The position numbers and the translations under genes were made by a program. A stretch of 64,000 nt of DNA from Patescibacteria group bacterium (GTDB taxonomy: Bacteria > Patescibacteriota > Microgenomatia > Levybacterales > GWA1-39-11), in the NCBI GenBank assembly GCA_035549295.1, contig DASZRG010000039.1, forward strand, positions 31-64,030, in the 5' to 3' direction. The notes below the pieces were generated by a model, which had not been told where the DNA came from, did no database searches, and was given only the letters and a program-made list of their open reading frames with translations. Shown here in pieces: positions 36,544 through 45,312 of this stretch. How positions within the stretch are numbered: position 1 is the stretch's first letter; each line of letters starts with the position of its first letter.

Positions 36544-37446
36544 ATGGCAAGGAAGCGCAAAATAGACGAAAAAGGTTCTTCGTATTATTATTATCTTGGT
36601 ATCGTTATTGGTTTGATCATTGTTGTATGCTTCTCTCTTTTATTCATAACCAAACTCTCGGAGAGAAAAGCTCGCTTGTATTTCGCACTACGTAGTCAAC
36701 CAACTTTAATTACATTCAATAATCCACGAAATTTTAACATTCCTATACTTCTTTACCACTACATAGAAATTGTGCAGGATCAGAATGATACTATAAGAAA
36801 ATCCCTAAACATCCTTCCTTATACTTTTGAAAATCAGGTTTCAACCCTCAAAAATGCAGGCTATACATTTCTAACTCCCGCCGATATTAATTCTATTCTT
36901 GAGAACCATATGAGTATCCCCAAAAAACCAGTCATACTCTCCTTCGATGATGGGTATGGAGATTTTTATACAGACGTGTTACCTATTCTAAAAAAATACA
37001 AGGTTCGCGCTGTGGAATATGTTATCTCTGGCTTTTTGGACCACCCTAATTATATGACTCGAGATCAGGTACGGGAAGTTATAGACAGCAAATTGGTAGA
37101 AATCGGCTGTCATACAGTAGACCATCCTGCACTTAAAACGGTTTCAGCAGAAGATGCTACGCGAGAGATAGAGGGTTGCGAGGAGGATATAAATCGAGAT
37201 TTTGGATTCAGACCTGTTTCATTTGCGTATCCTTATGGCTCATATGCCGATTTTCTTTTTCCGATTCTAGCAAAGGCTGGTCTTAAAAATGCAGTAACTA
37301 CAGATTCAGGGACAGAAATTGCATCAACAAGTCTTTATGCAATACCAAGAATAAGGCCTGGAGAAAGAGTAGGGATTGAACTGCTAACTTACCTTACGAG
37401 CGAAATCGCCCATATCCAAAAGGACCTATCGATCGTCGTAAGATAA
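36544..37446 (+). CDS. polysaccharide deacetylase (NodB/CE4), membrane-anchored
   Basis: N-terminal TM helix. VILSFDDGYGDFYTDVLPIL, IGCHTVDHPAL and FAYPYGS are CE4 motifs. Confidence 0.7.
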   Translation: MARKRKIDEKGSSYYYYLGIVIGLIIVVCFSLLFITKLSERKARLYFALRSQPTLITFNNPRNFNIPILLYHYIEIVQDQNDTIRKSLNILPYTFENQVSTLKNAGYTFLTPADINSILENHMSIPKKPVILSFDDGYGDFYTDVLPILKKYKVRAVEYVISGFLDHPNYMTRDQVREVIDSKLVEIGCHTVDHPALKTVSAEDATREIEGCEEDINRDFGFRPVSFAYPYGSYADFLFPILAKAGLKNAVTTDSGTEIASTSLYAIPRIRPGERVGIELLTYLTSEIAHIQKDLSIVVR

Positions 37447-37674
37447 AGAATGTATCACGAGTTTAATACTACAAATAAGCAAAGTTCAATTAAGCAAATT
37501 AATCTATAAATGAATCAATGGATAAATTTATATTTAGAATTTTATACATTTAACAATTTAGAATTCATTTGAACTTTATCATTTGCATATTTGATTACTA
37601 AGATTGGCAGTGTTACCCATCTTAACTTTCTCCCCCGCACCTTTTCCAAAACCCTAGTATCTAATATCTAGTTT

Positions 37675-37902
37675 CTAGTCCCGCGTCTTACGTTTGTCGA
37701 CCTCTCCTTTGAGTATCTTAGTTACCCGTTCAAAATCTTCTTTTCTCACGTTCAATCTAAATCTCGCCGGCACACCATATTTCTGGATAGGAACACCTTC
37801 GAAATTATCCTCGCTTATGGACGTTTCAACTCCTAACTTTTTCAAAACTTCTTGAGCCCTTTCCGCCTCTATCCTCGTCCTAAATATCCGTATCCACACC
37901 AT
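37675..37902 (-). CDS. small hypothetical protein (DUF2007-like)
   Basis: 75-aa ORF ERAQEVLKKLGVETSI...FRLNVRKEDFERVTKIL. Weak similarity by memory. Confidence 0.3.
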   Translation of the reverse strand: MVWIRIFRTRIEAERAQEVLKKLGVETSISEDNFEGVPIQKYGVPARFRLNVRKEDFERVTKILKGEVDKRKTRD

Positions 37903-37991
37903 AGAGAAATTATATCACCCCCCAACCTCCCAAACTTCCCCAACTACCCTAACTCTTGAAAATAACCTCTTCGGAAATGTAGAATCATAAT

Positions 37992-39212
37992 ATGCTGGTG
38001 AGACGTATCAAAAACATCGCACATGGTGTTGAAGCGGAACTCGCAAATGCAATCTACGGATTTGGAAGAAAACAAATTCCAACAATTGGTGTCACCGGCA
38101 CAGATGGTAAGACGACTACAACTAGCCTTATATTTCATATTTTAAAAACGGCAGGATTTAATCCCGCTATGGTAACAACAGTCGGAGCACAAATTGGCGA
38201 CACAACATATGAAACAGGACTTCACACTACAACACCGTCACCGTTTGCTTTACAGAAATATATCAAGAAAGCATCGGATGCTAACTGTGACTATCTAGTT
38301 TTGGAAGTTACATCTCACTCGCTTGACCAGAATAGAACTCGAGGCGTTGACTTCAAAATAGGAGTGCTCACCAATATCACACATGAACATCTAGATTACC
38401 ACGGAACTTACGAAAAATATGCTAGAACAAAAGGGAGACTATTCAAGCGATCTGATATTTCACTTATTAACAAAGACGATGACTCATATAAATTGCTTAA
38501 GCCACTCCTCTCAAACAGAAATGTACTCACATACTCCATAAAAGGTCCCGCTGATTATACGAGTAAGTCAGTGGGGATTAAATTTCCAGGTGAGTACGAT
38601 TTTAATTATGAAAATTTTTTAGCAGCCGTCTCGACTGCCGAGATTTTGGGGATAAAAAAAGAAATGGTACAGAAAGCTTTAGAGACATTTAAATTTCCCA
38701 AAGGCAGACAAGAAATTGTTTATGACCGTGATTTTCGGGTGATTATAGACTTTGCCCACACCCCAAATTCATTTGAACGGATTTTGCCTACGTTAAAGAA
38801 AAATACGAAAGGAAGACTAATTCATATTTTTGGCGCTGCGAGCAAGAGAGACGCTACCAAGCGTCCTCTCATGGGCCATGCATCAGCTTCCCATTCAGAT
38901 ATCATTATTTTGACAGCAGAAGATAGTCGAAACGAAAAAGTTCTTGATATTAACACCCAAATCAAACTCGGCATAACGGGATTTGAAGAGATTGATACCG
39001 AAGAGGCAATTCAGAAGAACAAAAAATTGCTTTTTGAAATATCAGATCGCGCGCGGGCGATTGAGTTTGCCGTTTCGATTGCCCAAACAGGTGACACAGT
39101 TGCTATTACTGGAAAAGGGCATGAACAATCCATGAATCTAGGACACGGTGAAATCCCCTGGAGCGACCACGAAGCCGTTGAAAAAGCAATCAAATTAAAG
39201 TTAACGAGTTAA
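37992..39212 (+). CDS. Mur ligase family protein, MurE-like but lacking the N-terminal domain
   Basis: The P-loop IGVTGTDGKTTTTSLI sits at residue ~33. THEHLDYHGTYEKYARTKGRLF matches the MurE catalytic region and DFAHTP the C-terminal domain. Confidence 0.55.
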   Translation: MLVRRIKNIAHGVEAELANAIYGFGRKQIPTIGVTGTDGKTTTTSLIFHILKTAGFNPAMVTTVGAQIGDTTYETGLHTTTPSPFALQKYIKKASDANCDYLVLEVTSHSLDQNRTRGVDFKIGVLTNITHEHLDYHGTYEKYARTKGRLFKRSDISLINKDDDSYKLLKPLLSNRNVLTYSIKGPADYTSKSVGIKFPGEYDFNYENFLAAVSTAEILGIKKEMVQKALETFKFPKGRQEIVYDRDFRVIIDFAHTPNSFERILPTLKKNTKGRLIHIFGAASKRDATKRPLMGHASASHSDIIILTAEDSRNEKVLDINTQIKLGITGFEEIDTEEAIQKNKKLLFEISDRARAIEFAVSIAQTGDTVAITGKGHEQSMNLGHGEIPWSDHEAVEKAIKLKLTS

Positions 39213-39371
39213 CGCGTTTGCGTGTTAACGAGTTCAATATTTAAAAATTCCAAATTTCTAATAGCTAGTTACTAATCAAGTTTTAATAAATTAACAAATT
39301 ATCAATTTCTATTTTTTAGAAATTAAAAATTAGTAATTAGAAATTCCAACGATGCTCTGATACCCTATGAC

Positions 39372-40388
39372 CTATACCTTCCTTATCTTCCGTCTCAATT
39401 TCTCAAACCAATAATCCACAAGGTATCTCTTACCCTCTACTACCAAGTCTTGTGCGGGCAAATACGCAACGTCTTGTCCTCCAAATCCCCTCTTAAAGAG
39501 AGAGAGTCCTGCGAACCTGTGGTCCTTTGAGCCTTCAGGTGAGACTCCCCAAAAGTTATATCGACTCATTCCTCTTTTTTTTGCCTCGCATATTGCCTCC
39601 CACTGGAGAAGGTATGCTCCAGGGTATCTGCGTCCATCCTCAGTACTTGCCCCATAGTGATATACGGCTTCTTGCCCATAAAAAATAATGAAGGCTTGAG
39701 CTAGTATTTTTCCTTCAAATTTTGCAGTATAAAGGATTGCTTTTTCGTCTTTAATAAAGATATCGAATTGGTTCAAAAGAAATTTCTTAGAAAATGGGAC
39801 AAATTTTTGACGATTTGCAGTTTCAATTTGTAGATCGTAAAACTTTTCAATATTTTTTTCTCCATTTTTCTCAATTTTTATTTCTAACTTTTCTGCTTTT
39901 TTGACCTCGTATCGAGTTGCTTTTCGCATATTAGCGAGTAGCTCTTCTTCGCTTTTTGTTATATCAAGCTGACGAGTAAGCTCAGCATGAAGATACATCG
40001 GAGCAGGCTTAAATCCCAATTTATTAAACGTTACTTGTGAAAAATTATCATCCACGAGTTGCGGACGACATCTTACAAAAACGCATGAATTATCACTTGC
40101 GATTTTTCTAAGTTCCTCGGCAAACTTTTTTAACAAATCTTTGTCTTTCCAATCAACGATGGGGCCTCCAGGAACAACTAGAAATTTACCACGTTTTGAA
40201 GTTTCAATATACGCAAACATCAGACCAAGAAGTTTTTGATTTTCAAAAAAACCAACTCTAAATATTTTTCGAGATAGAGAGGCCTGGAAGTCTCCCCAAA
40301 GCCAACTTTGTAAAAAATTAGCCTCAGTGTGATCGTCCAAAAACCCCTCCCAAGTATTTTTCTCAGATATCTCCCTTGATTCAACCAT
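39372..40388 (-). CDS. FemAB-family peptidoglycan interpeptide-bridge aminoacyltransferase
   Basis: 338 aa. FLQSWLWGDF...AVYHYGASTEDGRRYPGAYLLQWEAICEAKKRG...FKRGFGG is FemX/FemAB-like. Confidence 0.65.
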   Translation of the reverse strand: MVESREISEKNTWEGFLDDHTEANFLQSWLWGDFQASLSRKIFRVGFFENQKLLGLMFAYIETSKRGKFLVVPGGPIVDWKDKDLLKKFAEELRKIASDNSCVFVRCRPQLVDDNFSQVTFNKLGFKPAPMYLHAELTRQLDITKSEEELLANMRKATRYEVKKAEKLEIKIEKNGEKNIEKFYDLQIETANRQKFVPFSKKFLLNQFDIFIKDEKAILYTAKFEGKILAQAFIIFYGQEAVYHYGASTEDGRRYPGAYLLQWEAICEAKKRGMSRYNFWGVSPEGSKDHRFAGLSLFKRGFGGQDVAYLPAQDLVVEGKRYLVDYWFEKLRRKIRKV

Positions 40389-40395
40389 ATTTTGG

Positions 40396-40466
40396 TAGTG
40401 TCATTCTGAACTTGTTTCAGAATCTCATGTCTGAAACCCCGGATCAAGCCCGGGGTGACAAAAAGT
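40396..40466. repeat. dispersed ~65-bp hairpin element, copy 1 (gtcattctgaa..ttcagaatctcat..cccggatcaagcccggg..tgaca); supplies the stop codon and last 4 codons (SPRA*) of the DegT gene
   Basis: Near-identical to copy 2 at 41617-41685. It has nested inverted repeats. In gene-sense RNA it forms CCCCGGGCUUGAUCCGGGG followed by UUU, which is terminator-like. Confidence 0.6.
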
Positions 40467-41610
40467 TATTAATAATTGTGCAGATACGCATCGCATCCTT
40501 TTCCCGCACATTAATATGCGTGGGCAGGTTGACTATTATTTTCGAGTCGGCAACGGCGTTTGGACATTCTGGTGCAACATCAACATACCAAATATCCTCA
40601 AGATAAATCCCCTGCTCTTTTAGTTTTTTTAGGAGTTTGCTTCTCTGTTCGACAAAAATTGGGAACCGCAAGTTTGATGACAGCTTAACTGCTTCCAAAG
40701 TTTTTTGCTTGTCAAACATAAACATGGAGTCAGAAAGCTCCTCGACATATATCGAAGCAATTTTTCTTCTATGCGATAACTGCTCTGATAGCGTCTTAAA
40801 CTGAAATACCGCAAGTGATGCATTCCATGAAGGCAACGAATAATACTCATACAGAGATTCATCCATGATATTTGATAAAAATCCCATTTTCTTTAACAAA
40901 AAATGATAAGCCTTACCAAGCCCCACACCATACATTTCCCTAATTTTGTAAGTAAAACTAGGATAAAACCTCTCCCTTAATCCGCCTGCATTTTTTTGAT
41001 ATTTGATATTTGATATTTGATATTTGATATTCCTAACAACTACCGCTCCTCCCGATACCGCATCAATTATCTTGTCTTGGCTAAAAGAAAGGACTACAAA
41101 ATCGCCAACAGTCCCCGCCTCTTTTCCATTTTTATACTTCGCGCCAATACAATGAGCAAGATCCTCTATCAAGATCAGCTTATGCTCTTTACATATTTTT
41201 TGAATTTCCTCAATATTACATGGGTATCCAAGCGTATTCTGCACAACAACCGCCTTTATTTTTTTATTCATCCTTAAAGACTTCAGGAGACCTTCAGGTG
41301 TGAAATTTAAACCACCGGTCTCTTCTAGATCGATGCAAACAGGCTCAGCTCCCGCGGTTCTAATAGCATTAAAAACCGCAACGCATGTAAAGCCATTTAT
41401 CGCAATTTCAGCATCTTCGGGTAAATCGAGCGCTTTGATTGTTGCCGTTAAAGCCTCTCGCCCCTTGTAAAACAAAGTGGCTTTCCCGCCATATTTTTCC
41501 TCAAGAAGATTTGTAAGCTTGTTTTTATCAGAAGCAGAACCAACGGTCGCAAGGGACTTTAGAACATATGATAAATTGTAATTTGATCCTAACGAATTAA
41601 ATATCGCCAT
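40444..41610 (-). CDS. DegT/DnrJ/EryC1/StrS-family PLP-dependent aminotransferase
   Basis: GFTCVAVFNAIRTAGAEPVCIDLEE...LAHCIGAKYKNGKEAG...DFVVLSFSQDKII. It contains an internal 7-bp tandem repeat and a repeat-derived C-terminus. Confidence 0.75.
   Translation of the reverse strand: MAIFNSLGSNYNLSYVLKSLATVGSASDKNKLTNLLEEKYGGKATLFYKGREALTATIKALDLPEDAEIAINGFTCVAVFNAIRTAGAEPVCIDLEETGGLNFTPEGLLKSLRMNKKIKAVVVQNTLGYPCNIEEIQKICKEHKLILIEDLAHCIGAKYKNGKEAGTVGDFVVLSFSQDKIIDAVSGGAVVVRNIKYQISNIKYQKNAGGLRERFYPSFTYKIREMYGVGLGKAYHFLLKKMGFLSNIMDESLYEYYSLPSWNASLAVFQFKTLSEQLSHRRKIASIYVEELSDSMFMFDKQKTLEAVKLSSNLRFPIFVEQRSKLLKKLKEQGIYLEDIWYVDVAPECPNAVADSKIIVNLPTHINVREKDAMRICTIINNFLSPRA
40998..41031. repeat. heptanucleotide tandem repeat (gatattt) x~5 inside the DegT coding sequence
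   Basis: The DNA reads tttttttGATATTTGATATTTGATATTTGATATTTGATATTcc. It encodes NIKYQISNIKYQ on the minus strand. The 7-bp unit is not a multiple of 3. Confidence 0.7.
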
Positions 41611-41616
41611 ATTTTA

Positions 41617-41685
41617 GATGTCATTCTGAATTTATTTCAGAATCTCATTATCGAGATCCCGGATCAAGTCCGGGATGACAGAAAA
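41617..41685. repeat. dispersed ~65-bp hairpin element, copy 2; supplies the stop codon and last 4 codons (SSRT*) of the alpha/beta hydrolase gene
   Basis: atgtcattctgaatttatttcagaatctcattatcgagatcccggatcaagtccgggatgacag, in the same orientation as copy 1. Confidence 0.6.
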
Positions 41686-42398
41686 CCATTTACTATCTCA
41701 AAAACTTCTTTTGTATTTGTAAATTGAGGAGAATGTTTAGCATTGTCAATAACGAATAGTTTAGACCCGCTAATTAGCTTATTTATTTTAATTCCTCCTG
41801 AAAGAGGAGTAAGCTTATCTTGCTTTCCCCATATTATTAAAGTAGGTGACTGAATTTTTTCGTAAAATTGACCACAATCTATTGAAATCAGATTTAACAT
41901 TGTCATTTTCACTATCGGATTAGCTTTTTCATAATCGTGTTCACCGGCCAGTCTGTAAACCAATTTGCGCAAAATTGGAGCCTGCGTAAACTTCTTGCCA
42001 GATTTAGCCAATATTTTAAAGAAGTTCTTTCTGAATGTTGTAGCTAAATCTTTTCTAAGAATTCCTGCCGCACCAATAAATATTATCTTCTCAACTTTTG
42101 CGGGATATTTAGAAGCAAAAGCTGAAGCAATTCTTGCTCCATTTGAGTGTGCAAGTAGAATGATTTTCTTTTCGCTCTTTGTTTCGCTAGTGAGCCATTC
42201 AACATAATCGTTAATTTCCCAAACAGTATCAAGTGGCGCTGTTAGACCTGGAATCTTGAGCATTTCATAATCCGTTTTATTTTTATCGAGCAGGTCCAGA
42301 AATGGTTTCCATTTTTCTGTTGAGTAAGACCACCCATGCAGTATATATACTTTGATATTTTTGCCTATAGTCCCCATTGTTTTCTTCTTATTTCCCAA
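41664..42398 (-). CDS. alpha/beta hydrolase fold protein
   Basis: GxSxG nucleophile elbow ILLAHSNGARIA. 244 aa. Confidence 0.6.
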   Translation of the reverse strand: MGNKKKTMGTIGKNIKVYILHGWSYSTEKWKPFLDLLDKNKTDYEMLKIPGLTAPLDTVWEINDYVEWLTSETKSEKKIILLAHSNGARIASAFASKYPAKVEKIIFIGAAGILRKDLATTFRKNFFKILAKSGKKFTQAPILRKLVYRLAGEHDYEKANPIVKMTMLNLISIDCGQFYEKIQSPTLIIWGKQDKLTPLSGGIKINKLISGSKLFVIDNAKHSPQFTNTKEVFEIVNGFLSSRT

Positions 42399-43630
42399 AT
42401 CTTTTCGCGACGAGATAGCTTTGACGCTTCCTGCTTGTTTTTAAGGATATTTTCAATAATACCCTCCATAAATCGAGCTCCTTTGAAAAGTATAGTTTCT
42501 CCACCTTTTATATTTACCGTCAGGTAATCTAAGACATCCTTAGGTGATACAAATGAAACAACATTTTTCCCATAGTGGTTTTCGAGAATTGAAAAACCAT
42601 GCTTTTTAATTCTAGGACCTAGCAAAATTACCTTTTCGTAATCTGACTTAACGACAAGTTTTGCCAATTTCTCATGCTCCTCTTTTTCTTCCTCTCCTTG
42701 CTCAAGCATGTCTCCAATAACAGCCCATTTGTTATCTGCCTTTATTAGATTGAACATGTTGATGATCTCAGTTGCCGAGGAAAAGCTTGAATTGTAGCAA
42801 CTATCGACTATCGTTGTATTTTTTACACCTTCAAATATGCTGCTTCGACCTGGCGGAATATCAAATTTGTCAAACTTATCATCAAACGAAAAACCAAGAT
42901 AATTTGTTAATTCCAATATTGCCGATATGGAGTATGAAATTGCCCTGGGAAGTAAAAATCTAAATTTGTATATATCATTTTTAAGCTGATATTCTGTTCC
43001 ACCCGTCGAAACCTTGTAGCTTTTTAGACTTTTTTCTGTGACTTTAATTACATCTGCTTTACTTCTAATAAGTTGCGACATTATTAAATCTGAATCAGAA
43101 TTAATAATTACAAGCTTTGATGTATTTTCTAGGAAATATCCGTATTCGTACGCAATAGCTTCTTCAACATTTTTAAACTTACCAGATGAAACTAAATAAT
43201 CAAAATTCATGCTGTGCGTTCTAGATGAGGATAGCCAAATTGTCACTTCGGGTTTTAAGAATTCTGAAAGAAATATTCCTTCGTTAGGTCTATCACAATC
43301 TGCTTCCACAACATATATTTTCTGTCTCGGAACACTCGAAAAAGCTTTAATTGGTGCGCTCAAAAAAATATTAATCCATTCTAACTTCTGTAAGGTTTCA
43401 CGATGGATTCCAAGAATATTAAATGGGATACCAAATGAGCTGTTCGCATGATGAGAATAAGTAGCGTTTTCCCTCAACTGCGCAATAGCAAGATTCATAG
43501 TTGTCGTTTTACCTGCTGATCCAGTAATAACAACGACTCGCGGCTTCCACCGTGCGAGTTTTATCTTCGCAAAGAAGCGAAAATACCCCGCGATCGGAAA
43601 ATACAATAATTTCTTTATTGATCCCAACAT
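42365..43630 (-). CDS. Mur ligase family protein, MurF-like
   Basis: P-loop VVVITGSAGKTTTMNLAIAQL. The C-terminal DSCYNSSFSSATEIINMF resembles MurF DDSYNAN. Confidence 0.5.
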   Translation of the reverse strand: MLGSIKKLLYFPIAGYFRFFAKIKLARWKPRVVVITGSAGKTTTMNLAIAQLRENATYSHHANSSFGIPFNILGIHRETLQKLEWINIFLSAPIKAFSSVPRQKIYVVEADCDRPNEGIFLSEFLKPEVTIWLSSSRTHSMNFDYLVSSGKFKNVEEAIAYEYGYFLENTSKLVIINSDSDLIMSQLIRSKADVIKVTEKSLKSYKVSTGGTEYQLKNDIYKFRFLLPRAISYSISAILELTNYLGFSFDDKFDKFDIPPGRSSIFEGVKNTTIVDSCYNSSFSSATEIINMFNLIKADNKWAVIGDMLEQGEEEKEEHEKLAKLVVKSDYEKVILLGPRIKKHGFSILENHYGKNVVSFVSPKDVLDYLTVNIKGGETILFKGARFMEGIIENILKNKQEASKLSRREKIWEIRRKQWGL

Positions 43631-44073
43631 TTGAATTTATTATACCAAGAACTACTAAAACAATGTCATTGCGAGCGAGCAAACGAACGCAGTGAAGTAC
43701 AGCGAAGAGAAGCAATCTCAGGTTATTCGATTTTCGGTTACGATGCCAGTATCGTTAGCAGGTCTACGTTAAACGTATGACTTAACCGATACGGGCCTCG
43801 CTACCTTACACCACAACCAATTAAAATTAGCCCGTAATACACGTGATACCCGTTATGCACTTGATACTCTTAATCACTTATTCTTTTACTGGTATACCGG
43901 TATATAAGTAATAAATGTGACCCAGCCTACAAATATATTTTAATACTAGTATACATGTATACCTGTGGCAATTAGCTCATGATACTCTTGATACTCGTGG
44001 TACCCTTGATACTCTTGGTACTTCTAAACTCCCTCTTGATTTACTCCCCGCGCTTCAACTATATTAGATACTT

Positions 44074-44598
44074 ATGAATGACGAAGATGTTGTAGCGGCC
44101 GAAGAAGAAATAGAGACCCAAAGCGATACAATCGAGACTCCAGAGGAAATGATTCAAGAAGGCCAAGTTGTTGGAGCTGATATCCCAGATTCAACTATGA
44201 CGGGCTCCTCAAGCGCAATGGTACTTGAAAGCCTTGAAAGCCTTATTCGCGAAAATCTGGCTAAAACTGACAAGCTCAATATCGAGCTCAATCAGCAGAA
44301 AGAAATGCTTGACTCGGTCCTTGAGAATGACGAGACATACAAGCTCCATTCAGAAGCCGCCAAGCAAGCTGCAAAGGTAAAAAGCTCAACAAAAAGTGAA
44401 ATAATAAAAAGGCCAGAAGTTGCTCATGTTGCTAGAAAAGTTCAAGATATTTCAACCGAAATTAAAGAAATCAAAGATTCGATGAATTCCTATCTCCAGG
44501 AATACCAGAGACTCTCAGGAAGCAATGAGATAGATGATGCCAACGGTGAACCAATGCAAATCATCTCCTCCGTTAAATTAGTTAAACGCCGCCCATAA
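44074..44598 (+). CDS. hypothetical acidic coiled-coil protein
   Basis: 174 aa, with an N-terminal Glu/Asp-rich low-complexity segment and a heptad-like middle region. Confidence 0.3.
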   Translation: MNDEDVVAAEEEIETQSDTIETPEEMIQEGQVVGADIPDSTMTGSSSAMVLESLESLIRENLAKTDKLNIELNQQKEMLDSVLENDETYKLHSEAAKQAAKVKSSTKSEIIKRPEVAHVARKVQDISTEIKEIKDSMNSYLQEYQRLSGSNEIDDANGEPMQIISSVKLVKRRP

Positions 44599-44603
44599 TT
44601 TTT

Positions 44604-44672
44604 GCATTTAGCAGCTAGGGGTTGGCAGTTAGTTTTATTACTAACACCCAAAAGCCAAGCGCTAAACCCTAA
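44604..44672. repeat. same element, copy C (inverted orientation; convergent gene ends)
   Basis: gcatttagcagctaggggttggcagttag...ccaagcgctaaaccc contains ggggttgg, the reverse complement of ccaacccc. Confidence 0.45.
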
Positions 44673-44675
44673 AAA

Positions 44676-45266
44676 TCATTTTTTTGCGAGTACAAGCGTC
44701 CATGCGAAGGGGGCTTTTGACGCAGAAATTTTGTAGTGGTTTTTCCTCAAAAAGCTTTTAAACCCAGGGTTGGTCCAATGGTTAATATGCTCGGGATGAT
44801 TTCCGAATCTTGTTATATATTGACCTCGGGCAAGATGAGCAAGCATGAAAAACGGTTCGTTCGGAACAGAGAACACAACATATTTACTCGTTACACGCCT
44901 CAACTCTTTTACCGCGGCGGCAGGATCTTCTAAATGCTCCAAGACTTCCGTGCAGATAAGTAAATCAAATGAATTGTCTTTATAAGGAAGCTTGTAAATG
45001 TCTCCAATTTTTATGTTTATATTCGGATACTGTTTTTTACCTATCTTTATCGCATCTTCAGAATTGTCTACACCCTCATAGCTTTTACCAATTTTTGCGC
45101 GAGATAGCCTCACAATCGTGATGCCCTCCCCGCAACCAACATCCAGGATCTTGACAGGCCTTACGGGTTTTAAGGTTTTGAAAAGTTGACGGTAGAAATT
45201 GTCAATAAGAAGACGCTGAATTGGGTTCTTGGATGAGTGTTTTGTGTAGTTTGTCGTCTCAGGCAT
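44676..45266 (-). CDS. class I SAM-dependent methyltransferase
   Basis: Motif I is KILDVGCGEGITIV and the post-I acidic residue is in YEGVDNSE. About 196 aa. Confidence 0.7.
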   Translation of the reverse strand: MPETTNYTKHSSKNPIQRLLIDNFYRQLFKTLKPVRPVKILDVGCGEGITIVRLSRAKIGKSYEGVDNSEDAIKIGKKQYPNINIKIGDIYKLPYKDNSFDLLICTEVLEHLEDPAAAVKELRRVTSKYVVFSVPNEPFFMLAHLARGQYITRFGNHPEHINHWTNPGFKSFLRKNHYKISASKAPFAWTLVLAKK

Positions 45267-45312
45267 ATAAAGTATAGATTATATATGAAAGAAAGTTTAT
45301 TATATAGTACCA

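Noticed and set aside
43655-43720. Possible third copy of the 3'-end hairpin repeat (gtcattgcgagcgagcaaacgaacgcagtgaagtacagcgaagagaagcaatctcagg)
   Set aside because: It shares only the tgtcatt start and the hairpin-prone character with the 40396 and 41617 copies. The similarity is too weak to call it the same family without an alignment tool.
43631-44073. Structured ncRNA (RNase P, SRP, tmRNA or 6S) in the 440-bp spacer
   Set aside because: No conserved signature blocks of those RNAs were recognisable by eye. The region is dominated by TTGATAC-type arrays and short hairpins, and looks more like a promoter or repeat region.
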